A stretch of DNA of 62,211 nucleotides, counting the filler, from Choristocarpus tenellus KU-1152 (taxonomy: Eukaryota; Protista; Phaeophyceae): the NCBI GenBank assembly GCA_964200185.2. It is 8 parts of 8 records of this genome, joined end to end, with 100 filler letters (N's around TTAATTAATTAA, not from the genome) between each part and the next. Parts side by side here need not be neighbours in the genome. Positions count along the whole stretch, not along the records: positions 35,649 to 56,648 come from CAXNAD020000365.1; positions 56,749 to 62,211 come from CAXNAD020010708.1; 6 more parts are not named here. One strand, written 5' to 3'. The position numbers and the translations under genes were made by a program. Under the pieces are notes generated by a model that did not search any database, had not been told where the DNA came from, and was given only the letters and a program-made list of their open reading frames with translations. Positions within the stretch are counted from its first letter, which is position 1, and each line of letters starts with the position of its first letter. Shown here in pieces: positions 50,401 through 62,211 of the stretch.

Positions 50401-53400
50401 TTTGCTCGCCACTTGATAGCATTGGGTCTGCAGGGTAGTGTTGAGTACCAAGTGGTTGATGTTGGGCTAGGGATAGGGTTAGGGCTAGAAAAAAGAGTAA
50501 TATCAAGATCAATGCAAGATAAAACGCCCAATATTTGGTATGTAATCAGGCCTATAGAGTTACATGGGTCAGGTGTTCTAAAATCAATGAAAACAAGCAT
50601 AACTTAGGGTTGGGGCCATGGGAGGAAAAAAGAGTGAACCGTACACACATACACTTGAGGTGTGCAGAGTGGAGGCAATGTATATATGGGACTGATGTCT
50701 TATTGAGCTCAAGTTCCAACACTGTAAGCGCCATCAAAGTGAAAAACATACCAACATCAACGTGGCACAAAATCATCATAAAATGTTTTTGCTGCATTAC
50801 GTAGAGTAAAAGCAGGTGATGGTAGTACTATCGGCCTTGGTTTTAGAGTAAGAAACTTTCCATAGAGGACAAAAACGCTTCCCTAACCCTAATGCCTATA
50901 GAGTTTGGGAAGGGGAGGTCACTTGACCATTCTGTCGTATCTGTGCTCTGTGAATGCGCAATATGCAGGGAAATGTGATGTATTGAGGGGATAGTCCAGA
51001 AGTTTCTGTGGCAAGCCTACACCACTGGGTCCGAATTGCAATTGAACATGGTGAAAATCCTGTCAACTGTGAATGGCGATCACTACAGTAAGAGAAAAAC
51101 AAAAAACCAGCGGATTGTCCTATGACTTGAGATGCAACATGCTGACCCTTAAGTCAAAACAAGCGATGAGAACAGTGGCACTAATCAAGAATGAGTTTTT
51201 CTTGACCTCTAAAACAAGCATCAACACTCTACACCCTACAATATGCTCTGTAGCTTAGATTGGAACTAACATTCAAGGTTCTACCAACTGCTACGTAAGA
51301 CGGGCATGAAAAAACACACATGGCTATGATTGGTCATGCTCCAAATTAGCAGTTGGTCAAGGGGAAGAATCCATCTGTTGAGATTGATGATCAAAGTTCC
51401 AATTACTGAATATTATACCAACTTGTAAGAGTGTAGCATATACCTGCAGCTATGATTTGTCATGGCCATGTGGAGGTAGACACCACTGGAGAAGCCATTG
51501 CTCCGAAAGACACAGAGTAGCCTCAGCATGGAGGTGATGTCTAGCCTCAGCTCTGCTGCGACTTCAGGAGGAAGACTGTCCAACATGTCCTTGGCTACAC
51601 CTGCATATCTGAAAAATACGGAAATATCAAGAGGGTTTCAAATTCCAAGAACTATATTGATACACAAATATAGCAAAGTTAAGTCAAGAAAATGTACATA
51701 ATTCTATGTTGCCACAACATACAACACAATGAAAAAAAAAGAGTACGCACACTGCAAGTGCATGAAACACAAATCTAGTAAAGTAAAGTGTCATGACTGA
51801 ACCCTCACACACAGACATGCAAATGGTCGACAACTTTAACCTCAGTCAAAACACAGTATTGACATGGTATTTCTCATAAATACATACTTTGAAGTATGTA
51901 CATCTGTCTAGGCATCAACAAGCCATGAGTACTCCAGCAAATTAATTCTACATAGCATACATGATATGCATCCCTACATAGTTCACACATAATTCTAAAC
52001 TGTACTTGTTCATCCATCCATGCACAAGTGTAATTCAAGAGTACACCTTTAGGTCATCCAGGCGCTATCTTCACCTGCTAATAACTCACCTGTCAATCAG
52101 GTCTTTCCTCTCTGGTAAGGGCAGGTCATCCAAAGATTGTGGGTGCATAATGGCCAGCTCACGCACTGCTTCTAAAAGGCGGTCCGAAGGCAGTCGAAGC
52201 ATCCATCGGAGGCACAATTCGTCCGGAGGCATCTACTTGGGTAGAAAAAAAGCAGCACACACTGCAGTAAGGCGCGTTGGACTGATAAATGCATGTACGG
52301 AGCGCCCTGCCTGTATCCAACTGCATATGATACTCTGTGTGTGTCTGCATGGGGTTCTGGGCACATTGCACGCAAGCAGTGGTAAAATCCTGTTGGCTAA
52401 ACACCACACTATTATGTTACCAACATCATTTCATTTCTAGCTAAGGCACAACAGGGGGCACACAGTGAATGCCCCTTTTGCTACTTCAGTAAAACGTCCA
52501 CCCCCCTATCGCGCCATTCATCAGGCTGCAAATAGCCCATAGCAAGCAAGTCAAAATGCACTCACTATCATAAGTGCACAGATTGTGCACTGTCCGTGGG
52601 AAGTCCAAAAAAGAACTCCAACAGCAGGGCATGCAGTAAATAACCCTTAATCAAGCTAAAAGGGGAATCAGAGGGTGAGACTGCAGCATAGGGACCTCTC
52701 TCTAAATGATAATAGATCTCTCTCTAAGAGGTGCAATACAGCCTCACAGCTAACAAATTGCAAGGATGCAAGGTCCTACAGTCTCACAGGTTGACACTTC
52801 ATCAATTAGCTGTGGTTGACCTTAGATATGTTTTCATTAAAAAAATTCTATGATTGCCTCAGCGCCGTACAATCTGCAGCTACAAAGGTAGCATACTTGT
52901 ATTCAACTTTGACTCACTCCTCCTGCGGCACCACAATCCTCTGGGTCAGGCATGGGCAGGAACTGATGTTCCGCTATGAGGAGTGTGCCAGGGTTGATAT
53001 CAGTCTCCGCCACAAAGCCCCGGCCACCCCCCCTATGCGGCATATTGGCCTCAAATCTGATGCAAGGAGCCTTTGAGATGGAAAGGGCACATGACAGGCA
53101 AAATGTTTTCAGTAAATCTGATGGTCAAGATTCATGGCGTTGAGCAGAGAGAGTAAGCATTGTAGCTGACACCATCTCCAGTTGAAATAGGTGCGGTTTC
53201 TAGCCCAGAACTTGACAATTCAAGTAGAAAACTAACGCTATAGCGTTAGTTTGGGGCAGAATTGGGCGTGGGGGCTATCGACTTGTCATTCTGCTGTGTG
53301 CGTGATGCATTCCAAGAAATCTCGCGCCATGAATGAATGACGGTTGGTGAGGGGGAAGTTAGGTTAGGTGAACATTACAGCTGTGTTTAACATACTTGCA

Positions 53401-54377
53401 TGGTGCAATGATTGGGACTTGATCGCTACACTGCAAGAAGAAATGGGAACGTAGATTTTCACTGGTGGGGGCTGAGGGACAGTGGAGAAAAGGACTACTC
53501 CAGTGCCACACAATAATGAAAGGAAAGTACTACAGACTGCCCATTAGCATTGCGGCATTGATGCCGGAAAAAGGTCCCGTCCTTCCGCGTCGCATCATGT
53601 GGGAACATGGGAACATCGCGCTGCAGAATTAATCCTGGAGGCAACAGATGCTCTAAGCACACAAGACCTACAGTGTCACTACCATTCCCACTCTTGCATA
53701 TCAAATCCACACATGCAGGTTCATTTTCCTTCCATGAAAACCGAAGACATCCCTTTTAGGTGCATATGTCTCGTGTGCTTTAGGGTATGAACTAGAACTA
53801 GCACTAGTGGTAGACACCAATCGGAAAGGGGTGTTCGAGGACAATACTATTGGGCTTTGATTCTTATCTCGACCTGTCTTTCCAACGCTACAATGACGGG
53901 ACGGTGGGGCATTTCCTAAACAGGTAAATCGTTGACCAATGGGCAATAGCTTAAATTTATTAGAATCATTACCCCTCTCGCAAAGGTAAACTTGGCGGGG
54001 ACACTCCACCATCAACCAATTGGATATCGCTGAAAACTTGGACAACATTCTGCACAACATCTCAGAGTCAATGCACTACTAACTAGTATTCTTTGCTTGG
54101 CGGGTGTGAGAGAACTCGATCATAGGAGACTTCGCGATTCGAAGGAGGGGTAGACATCTACCTGGAAGTGAGGGGGGCTACCGAAAGGGGCCACCACTGG
54201 CATCTTCAAACTTCCCTTGAAAACTTCCCGTGCCTCTGGAAAGACTGGAAGTAAAACCTCCCACATCGATTTGGATGCGGCATCAGCAGGGACTGCGTGG
54301 GATACAGCAGGGACTGCATGGGGAGGAGTCCATTCCCCGTCGCTATCTGAGCCAAAAAGGTCCCATGCTTCATCCAT
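41475..54377 (-). CDS. SMYD-like SET-domain lysine methyltransferase, multi-exon; 3' end unresolved
   Basis: Phase-consistent exons: 54377-54162, 53070-52918 (GRGFVAETDINPGTLLIAE), 52232-52090, 51608-51444 (NGFSSGVYLHMAMTNHSC), 50427-50305 (PNA...LRATQLIRAGEEIT), 44377-44007 (ICYL...QFGFRCQCPLC post-SET), 43356-43280, 42941-42843; tentatively also 41889-41793 and 41601-41475. Confidence 0.9.
47137..48511 (-). mobile_element. Decayed DD39D-like mariner inside an intron of the SET gene
   Basis: TA|CACCCTCTGTTTGGAATT...AATTCTGAACGGAGGAAG termini. Motifs VHVDKKWSY, MFLAAVACPR, WFDGKIGI, QHDDAKLH, QPVNSPDLNINVLGFFHSI. Frameshifted. Confidence 0.92.
49401..50119. mobile_element. Stowaway-like foldback MITE (719 bp; ~250-bp inverted arms; TA TSD)
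   Basis: TA|CTTCCATTGTTCCATAAGTCTG...CAGACTTATGGGACAGAGGGAG|TA. Arms 49401-49660 and about 49872-50119 are reverse complements. Confidence 0.92.
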
Positions 54378-55306
54378 GACGAAGGACGCAATGAAGAGCT
54401 TAATCTAAGCTTCTCGAGTAAACTTGCACACGATAGCCTTGCAATTGTTGCAATTGGTGCTAAGGATAAATATGTATGCCAGGTATTTGCACCTGGTGAC
54501 CAGTTGGCGTCCAGCTAGACAACAGACTATTGCCCCAGTACAACTCTTAACAAAGAACCTCTATCTGCGATAGGTCAAGTATTGAGTAGAAAAAGTACTA
54601 TAATAGTCGTAGGACTTACACACATGTGACCGTTCCGTGGCGCTACAGAGCCATAACGATTAGGACTCTTTGTCCATTTCGTTGCATCAAGTCACACAAC
54701 TTGGAAATTTGGAAAATTTAAACGTTGATGTGTTTACCAGGCCACCAGACCACTCTTTTGTCCTCTGCATTTACGGTGAGCCCATATTCGAATTAGACTG
54801 GGAAACTCTCACTCCGAAAAAACGCTTGTCGAGGGGCTGGTCCTGATTAGGTTCAATGTGATTGCGCTATGACGTTTTTTAGAGATCATTTGTACATCAA
54901 AGTTGCACAAGTTCATCAAGCATCAACATAATGTCCACCAACTTTGTGACATGACTGTCCTGCATTTAAACGAATCTCACATACTACGAGAAAATAGATC
55001 GGAAGGACATTAACTAGCCTGAGCTGCGATCGCAATCGTGCAATTGATGGTGTGTCGAGACTCTCTCGATATCGTTCTTGTCTCTGTCTCACCCCGCGAT
55101 CCTAGCTTGGAGTTTGATCTAATCTCATTAATCTCTTGACAAAAATCCTCCAGAAGAGTATTTTTGGCGAACCATTACACGATTGAAGCGCAGACCTTCA
55201 TCAGAGGAGGTGTATGGTGAATGCCACCTCGAGAGTTAGGTACCAAGGGTTAGGGTTTTTCTATTGAGTGTCATTATTGTTTGAGGGACAAGGATCAAGG
55301 TCAGCC

Positions 55307-55411
55307 ATGTTCTTGGAACGCTACCTGTCGCGTGTATTGCTGGAGAGGTTTGGGCGATACGTCAAAGGGCTGGATGCGGAGAATCTCAATCTGTCTGCAT
55401 GGAAGGGGGAG
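55307..55411 (+). CDS. First exon of a chorein-N (VPS13/ATG2-like) lipid-transfer protein
   Basis: MFLERYLSRVLLERFGRYVKGLDAENLNLSAWKGE followed by the donor GTGAGA: the classic chorein-N start (L...LG.YV..LD...L.LS.W.G.). Confidence 0.85.
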
Positions 55412-56648
55412 GTGAGACAAAGCGGGCTCGGTATCGGTGTTGTAGGTGTTCCCTTGATATTGCAGGCATTTTCAACATTAATGTTGTGATTACGCATTCA
55501 GTTCGTGCTTAGATGACCCCGAGTGCAATCCATTTACAGAGTAGTGATCATGGGCACAAATTGCATGAATGCACACAACATTTGTGATCGATTGGCGCAA
55601 GGAAGTGTGTTGATGCACCTCCTTGGACGCATCACATACTGTGTGGTTTTCTTGTGGGAGAGTCATTTGCCAATTGTGTCTGCTTGTAAAGTCGAATGAG
55701 GTCATTCCTACAGGAGAAATGGTAGTCCTAGTAGAATATGTAGGTAAACGTTATTTGCTGTATCAGTATTGGTAGTATTTTTGTTGGGATCAATATAAAT
55801 GATAGTGACCTCAGGATTATGATCAATATTATGTATCACAGCATGAGTACAGTAATATTTTGTTGCAGTATCCATGTCAATTAATTTTGACTTGTGGTTA
55901 TCAATATGGAAAATACTTTCTTAATTCATTACGAATAGTGTGTATTGTAGTATCAGCATCAATAGCTTCAGTATTGATAGAATACACTGATGTATTGACA
56001 TCCTAAGAAAGTATAATTTTCAGAATATAAAACAAAAAATCTATTGTAGACGGTGGAACATATGAGTCCATCTTCTACCTAAGCATGTATGCATCAAACC
56101 AAATCAACCTTTGCTTCTATCTATGCATATCTATGCGTTGACTTGTGCAGTGAGCTTGGGAGCGTCAGTGCATGATCATCTAAAGTACACATATTCTCTT
56201 TCATACGCACTACCAGCTTTATAGAACAAGTTGGCAAGAAGTACCAATATTTTGAGTTGGGGTTAGGGTTAGGTTTAGTGTTTGGGTTGTGAATTACGAC
56301 CTTTGTAATGTGATTTCAAACTTGGAAATTTGCTTTGGCACCAATGGTGTGGTCCATTGCAGGAGGATGTACTTTTTACTGTGTTGTAATCAAAAGCAAA
56401 TATAAGTACACATTTAAATCAGAGCGAAAACTTTGATGTACTTGGTTTTGATTGAAAAGTGGAGACCGCATGCATTTACACAAGAAATAACCAGTTGAGC
56501 AGTGCCCCGAAATTTTTAATTCATTTTTTCCTGAGTCAATTGAATTGCAGCAATTCCATAATGATTTGAAGCACAAACTTGTTGGCATTAGCTGAAAACC
56601 TCTTCCTTCTTTTCAAATTCTGCATATTGCCCCCCCCCCCCCCCCCCC

Positions 56649-56748
56649 NNNNNNNNNNNNNNNNNNNNNNNNNNNNNNNNNNNNNNNNNNNNTTAATTAA
56701 TTAANNNNNNNNNNNNNNNNNNNNNNNNNNNNNNNNNNNNNNNNNNNN
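56649..56748. other. Artificial assembly spacer
   Basis: N44-TTAATTAATTAA-N44. Confidence 0.98.
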
Positions 56749-56829
56749 TGGTGTTTGGTTTGGGGGGGAGGGGTTTTTTTTTTTGCAGGGTGGGTCTCCG
56801 CCTCGTGGTTCCTTGGGGGGGGGGGGGGG

Positions 56830-59800
56830 GGGTGATGAGACGAGGGAGGAGGAAGGGGAGGATGCGGAAGAGGAAGAGTGGGATTGGGAGAAGGAATTGG
56901 TGTTTGTGAGTCCAAAGATGGTGAAAAGTCTGTTGGGAGGGGTCAAGACTGGGGTCGATGAAGGAGGTGCGGAGGGTCAGGAAGAGAAGGGGAGGGAGGG
57001 GAGGGAGAGATCCTCAATGGGGAATCCGTTTGTGCTACTGACTGACCCATATGCCCTGAAGCATCTCATTATGAACCATCAGGTGAGCTTGTAGGTGGGA
57101 TGGAGGGAATAGGCGATGCAGTTTTAGTAATGTGTTATGCAGGTGATGCGAACTTGACTATTGGATCAATCGAAGACTGTAGGAGTATTGTTCATAAGGA
57201 ACCATTCGATGCTGGATTCATATATTTCCCTATGAAAAATGGACACTGCTTCATAGAGCGCTTTAAGAACGCATGTGTTCAACAGTACTGAACACACACC
57301 CCTTTCAAGCAAAACCCTTGGTTAGGGGGGGAAGAAGGGGAGATTAAATATTGCGTTGATTATGTAAGAATTTTGTGGGTGTTCTTCATGCACCTGGCCA
57401 ACCCGCTCATCCTGCGTATGGCATGCTGTGTCCCGTGCACCTACAAATAAATAGATAAAACTATTGCACGATTACAACATCTAGAGCGTTTTGTTTGCAA
57501 TTAGATGCCACCTTCACATCCCCAATTCAAATGCAGTTTGATATTTCTGAAACGCCCATGCGATGCATACACTAGCAACTCCAAATTTCGTCTTCTGCTC
57601 AGGAAGTATGTCGCCGGTGGGCTTTGTGGACCTAAGGTGTGTGTGTAGAAAATGTACACGGATTTGAACTCCACAAAGTACTTGATACCGTGCTGAACGG
57701 GCGTGTTGAAATCTCCTCCCCATTGACATGTGCAATGTGTTAGGTACTGTGTCTCTACTACAGCTGGAGCATCTATATATATATATATATATTTGCTAAG
57801 TGGGTGCATCTGTTTTTTGCTGTTTGTGTGTATGGTCGGACAGGAATTGATCCATCAGTCACCAACTCCCCTCTTCATGATTGTTTACAGTTTTGTGCTC
57901 GGTATATTTGGATGGCAGAACTGTTGATGAATGCAGACACTGTCCAGGATGTTACGTTTAGCTTTTGCATGAAAAAGGTATTTGCATGGTTTCATCTGTT
58001 TGTCTGACCTATGGTCTCTTCCCATTAACTGCTGTGCCTGCCTACCTATGGTACCCTTATTATCCAGGTGTGGGGGCTGGGGGATCGGAGGCTCATGATC
58101 GAGATTCTGCGTTTGCTCCATAGGCTTGTGAGCCCTCATAATGCCAAGGTAACAAGCGGTCAGATGGTGTACATGAGGCTGAACTAGGTTTCGTTAGTGC
58201 TCTTATTGGTGCTCGGAGTATTTGTATTGGTACTTACTTGTACTGGTACTTACTTGTACTCTGATCGATATTTCAAAAAGTGGTTAGATGCCTTGTTTGC
58301 CCTTCAGCTGCAATTTCAGTACAAGTCACTGCAAAAATTGGACGAAGGAAGTGGTCCTCATCACGTTCTATCTTCTCATCGAGGGAGATTGCTCGTCCTG
58401 AAACTGTCCTGAAACTGTCCTGAAACTGTCCTGAAACTGTCCTGAAACTGTCCTGAAACTGTCCTGAAACTGAGACCAAGATGGTCTTTATACATTCCCT
58501 GGTTGCAAGTTTGCGGGTTGTTTACCACCTGGTACCTAAAATGAGGGGTATAGTGTGCACGATACGGTGGGATGAAGGCAAGCATTGTGATATTGATGTA
58601 GAGATGGTGCTTGCTGATGCTCTTTGCCATTGTGGCCTACTAGTAAACCTTTGTGATCCCTGTCCATGTTGTTAAATAACCTCTCCCGGAGTATCATGGT
58701 GTCACCACCTCGTACTTTTTCGCCTGCCTACCCCTTGTGAGTTAAAGTGCTGCTCTACATAGGATACCTACAGACACTATATTACTGTACTCAATGTTGA
58801 AGTATGTACTCCTTCCCCATGCGTGCTTTCCCACCCTGCGCCGGATGTTCCCCCTGATTGGCCTGTCAAAAATGTCTTGGACCTCATTGGGTGGGGGGTG
58901 GGGGGGGGGGGGGTGGGGGTGGGGGGTATACCTGACCTTATCTGCCGCAACAACAGTCGCACTGTCGCTTCAACGGTCGAATCCTCCACAGGATTGGAGT
59001 GTTCCGCTGGGGGTTGCACCTTGTGCTAGAGGCGGCGGAACCCACTCTCCCTGTCATCTGCAACATTACTGATTGTGGTGACGATGCCAGGGGCGTAGCT
59101 GTGGCAGGCTTTGGTGGTGAAACTCGGCCGGCGGCAGATGTTGCTGCAGCCGGCCTTGACCGTCGAGATGACTTTATGGTAGCATGTGTGCTACTGATGC
59201 AGCGGGTGCTGGCGTGTTGTGCCATACAACGAGACTTTGACCGGGTCGTGGGTGCTACTCTGAGCACTCTGGCTGATGGTGGATCCCGTGAGGAAAGGGC
59301 GAAGGGGCGGGGGGGCAACCATGGATATGGGAAGGGCCGTTTGGAGGATGGGGCGGACACGTTATCGGAGGAGGTGGGTGGGGTAGAGGAGGGAAGGGGA
59401 GAGGAGGAAGGAGATACGAAGGGGGAGGGGGCAGAAGCTATTCTTTCGAAGCACTCGTTGCTAGGTGGTGAGGGCTCAGCTGGGGCATGCTTGCTGTCAG
59501 GACAGGCTATGGTACGGCTGTATCTGGTCCGGATGCTGCTTGAGGTGGTGACCCTCCCAGGTGTTGGACCAAGGGGAGCGATGGCTGCAGAGGGGGTTTA
59601 TGTTGCTGGCATTGGTTCCCCTTGCCATAGAAGGCCTGTAGATACAGTGGCTGTTGCAGGAGGAAGCCTGGGAGTGGCTGGGGGCAGCCTGGACCACCGT
59701 GGTGGTGCTGAGCTACACGTTTGTGTTGGTGGATGCCCTCCTGTGCTAGACATCCGGGCAGATGGAATTGAGGGTGTGCCCAGTCCGATGTATGTGGGTA

Positions 59801-62211
59801 GGGAGAAGGTGTTCTGGAATGTGTGTACGAAGGCTCTACGTCCCGATTGGTTCATTTCACTGTTGGAGACTTGTGGTGAAGAGGTGAGGGCCACCTTTTT
59901 TCTTGTATGTACCAAGACATTGTCCTTGCTCTTTCCCCCCTCCCACGTGCGGTTTCACTTTCTTCGCCCTCTTCAGCCGTTGCTATTTCCCCTGTTTTCG
60001 ACAACTCGCTGATGAAGGTCCGCTGACATTGCATTTTTGAGACGTTTAACTTGACCCCTACAATTGCACCGTGTAGTAGATCTCTAGCTAATTGCGCTGG
60101 AACTGGTCCAAAATTGATCGGCCAATGTGAAGCAAATCATGCTCCCCCTCTTCCCCCTCTTCCCCCTCTTCTTCCTTTCGACTTCCTCCCACCAAATATA
60201 TGCCCGCTTGTGTCAAAATGCCGTTGTAAGGCTGGCCTTGCTTGGACGTTTCGCCTCTTGGCTGCCCTCTTCCAAGCATCAGAGGACTTTGTTGACGCCT
60301 TTGAGAAGGCGGATGGTTTCCGGACTGTGGCAACATCCCTGCCTCGTTTCTCAACATCTCTACCAGTCCTACTCCCAGCGTTGGCACTAGCTCTTGGGGT
60401 CCCCATCAGAGAGCTGCCGCCCACTGCGGAGGGTATGGGACCCAAGGACATCCTCTCGATGTTCAGGAGGAATGCAGGAATCGCCCGAGGGCCAAGTGGT
60501 GGAAGTGGAAGTGGGGGTGGGCAGTCAGGAGAAGACATTCCTCCTCACCCCTTTGTTCGCCTTTGTGTAGCGGAGGTCTTGATACCATCTCTTCGTTCCA
60601 ATGGCATTGTGATTGCTGATGCTGCAGCTGGGGAGGGTCCTGGGGCAGGGGCGGGGTTGAGGACAAGGGGAACAGAAGTCGTTTGTGATGTGTTGGAGGT
60701 GGAGCGGGCGAGGAGGGTCAATGAGGTGGTGCTAGGGGCACTGTGGGAGGCACAGAACTTTGACCCGAGCTTTGCTCGTGCCTGCCGCTCTCCAGATGTG
60801 GTTGAGGCCCTTGTGGATGCGCTTGGGGCCAGCTGGGATGAGCAGCAGGAATGGGGAGGGGGCTGGGGGCAAGGCAACAATGACTGGGGGAGCAAAAGGG
60901 ACCGTGGCAGTAGCCTATTAATAGAAGGGAGTGATGAGGATGAGGAAATGGAGGTGGAGGTTGCTGGTAGCTGGCCTGGCCATGTGCATACCTCTGGTGG
61001 TGAGAAAGGGAAGGAACACATGTCCATGTGCTTTGTCCTAGAAGGACACTTTGATACCTTGGTGTTGGGCACAGTATGAGATTGCTTTTCTTGGCATTTG
61101 ATTATGGAATGTTCCGCTCTGTTGAAGCTGTGCAATTTTTCTGTTGAACACACCGTAGTTAATGTCTGTTTGTTCGCTTCTGGGCTATCCCACTCACCTC
61201 GAACAGTTGTTGTCTTTGCTCACACCTCGCTGTACAAAAATGGTTGCTATTTGCACCACTGTACCCTATTACATCATGCGCTTTGTAGCTTTTGGCATTG
61301 CACTAGCTCTAGGTCCCTACCAAATTGTGACCAGCCTCCATCAAATCTCACAGTGACTGAGTGCTCCCTCTGTCCCTGCATTCTTGTACCTGTGGTTTTC
61401 CTCCTTCTCCCACGGTGCTCCCATGGTGCTAATGTGTATTGTTGTAGACACAGGCCATCCACTGGGCAACAGTCCTGAGCCAGAATCGACTCCAACAGTG
61501 GCAAAGCTGTTGAGATCCGTCCTAGCAAACACTGTGGAGGAGGGAGGGAGTGCAGTGTACTACATCCTTCTCCGACTGTTCAACACGGGTGTAGCTGTCA
61601 CTGCCCCGGAGTCATCGCCGTCGAGGAGCTCTTCCACCCAGGCCTATAGGAGTGGTGTTGATAGTGACGACAATGGTTTTCATAGCCCACCCTTGGTACG
61701 AGGAGTTGCGCCTAAATCAGCACTGCCCTCTGGTGGGGTCTTCCAGTCAATGATGCTGTCCCACCTTGGAGCTGTGTGTCGAAGTCTTCTGGTTTCGGCC
61801 CCTTCGTTAACAAAGTCGCTGATGCAGGGGAGCAGGGGGGGGGCCCTCTGGCCTCTATCGTCAGTGCGCTTGCGAGGAACCCTTGGTGTTCTTGAGGCGG
61901 TGGCATCTGTGGCGGCAGCTGTGGCAGAAGTGTCAGCACAAGGGCTGTTGCCTGGAACAGATACAGGAAACCTGGCACTGAAGGTACTGTTGGAAGTGTT
62001 GGAGCGGGTGTCTGCTCTTGTTCCACCAGGAGAGGGATCAGGACCAGGTGGGGCAGGGGGCAGTCGATGGACGGTGCTCTGTGCTTGTCACGTTGTGGCA
62101 GTGGTTGCATTGCGTCGCTCGTCGCAGGCCTGTGGGGGTGGGACTGGGGGTGGTGTGGGGTACCTCAGCAGGGGTGGGGCAGAGCCGTGGTCTAGCCCCC
62201 CAGAGGCATTT
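56830..62211 (+). CDS. Internal exons of a large helical-repeat protein, probably WDFY3/BEACH family (partial at both ends)
   Basis: Phase-consistent exons: ?-57082 (LKHLIMNHQ), 58068-58148 (VWGLGDRRLMIEILRLL...NAK), 58957-59883 (SHCRFNGRILHRIG...PDWFISLL), 60231-60999 (RLLAALFQ...FEKADGFRTVATSLPRF), 61448 to the window end, open. Coding is well supported; the family call is by resemblance only. Confidence 0.65.
58395..58471 (+). repeat. Perfect intronic minisatellite (GTCCTGAAACT)x7
   Basis: Seven identical 11-bp units read directly from the sequence. Confidence 0.97.

Noticed and set aside
147-54377. Apparent chromatin gene cluster (H2B, SUMO protease, SET protein)
   Set aside because: The genes lie on different contigs, and true adjacency and orientation are unknown.
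9716-56748. TTAATTAATTAA palindrome recurring seven times
   Set aside because: Always centred in identical N runs, so it is an artificial contig linker.
60137-62110. Long minus-strand ORFs (133, 202 and 132 aa)
   Set aside because: Antisense shadows of GC-rich plus-strand exons.
55307-62211. Chorein-N and BEACH-like exons forming one fusion gene
   Set aside because: They are separated by a spacer, and the downstream exons do not resemble the continuation of VPS13.
1-62211. CRISPR arrays, rRNA/tRNA genes, prokaryotic operons or giant-virus hallmark genes
   Set aside because: No repeat-spacer structure or recognisable motifs were seen, and the content is eukaryotic. Small RNA genes could be missed by eye.

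Overview
Eukaryotic, intron-rich, transposon-dense DNA. The H2B sequence, G-rich exons, TTAGGG motifs and transposon types suggest a stramenopile, probably a brown alga (inference). It consists of 8 contigs joined by artificial 100-nt spacers (N44-TTAATTAATTAA-N44), so linkage across spacers is not established. Host genes reconstructed by hand from splice sites: histone H2B with a 3' stem-loop; a Ulp1/SENP C48 protease; a probably damaged MRI1; the 3' part of a CPBP/CAAX-protease-like protein with two EF-hands; an SMYD-like SET methyltransferase; the first exon of a chorein-N (VPS13-like) gene; and part of a WDFY3/BEACH-like gene. The rest is mostly decayed mobile DNA: Ty3/Gypsy and Copia remnants, a short non-autonomous LTR element, DD39D-like mariners with a matching Stowaway-like MITE, and two related MITE families with apparent 4-bp TSDs. 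The most interesting observation is a Gypsy integrase whose tail carries a chromo-like segment followed by a Tudor-like module. All family assignments come from motif recognition, not database searches.
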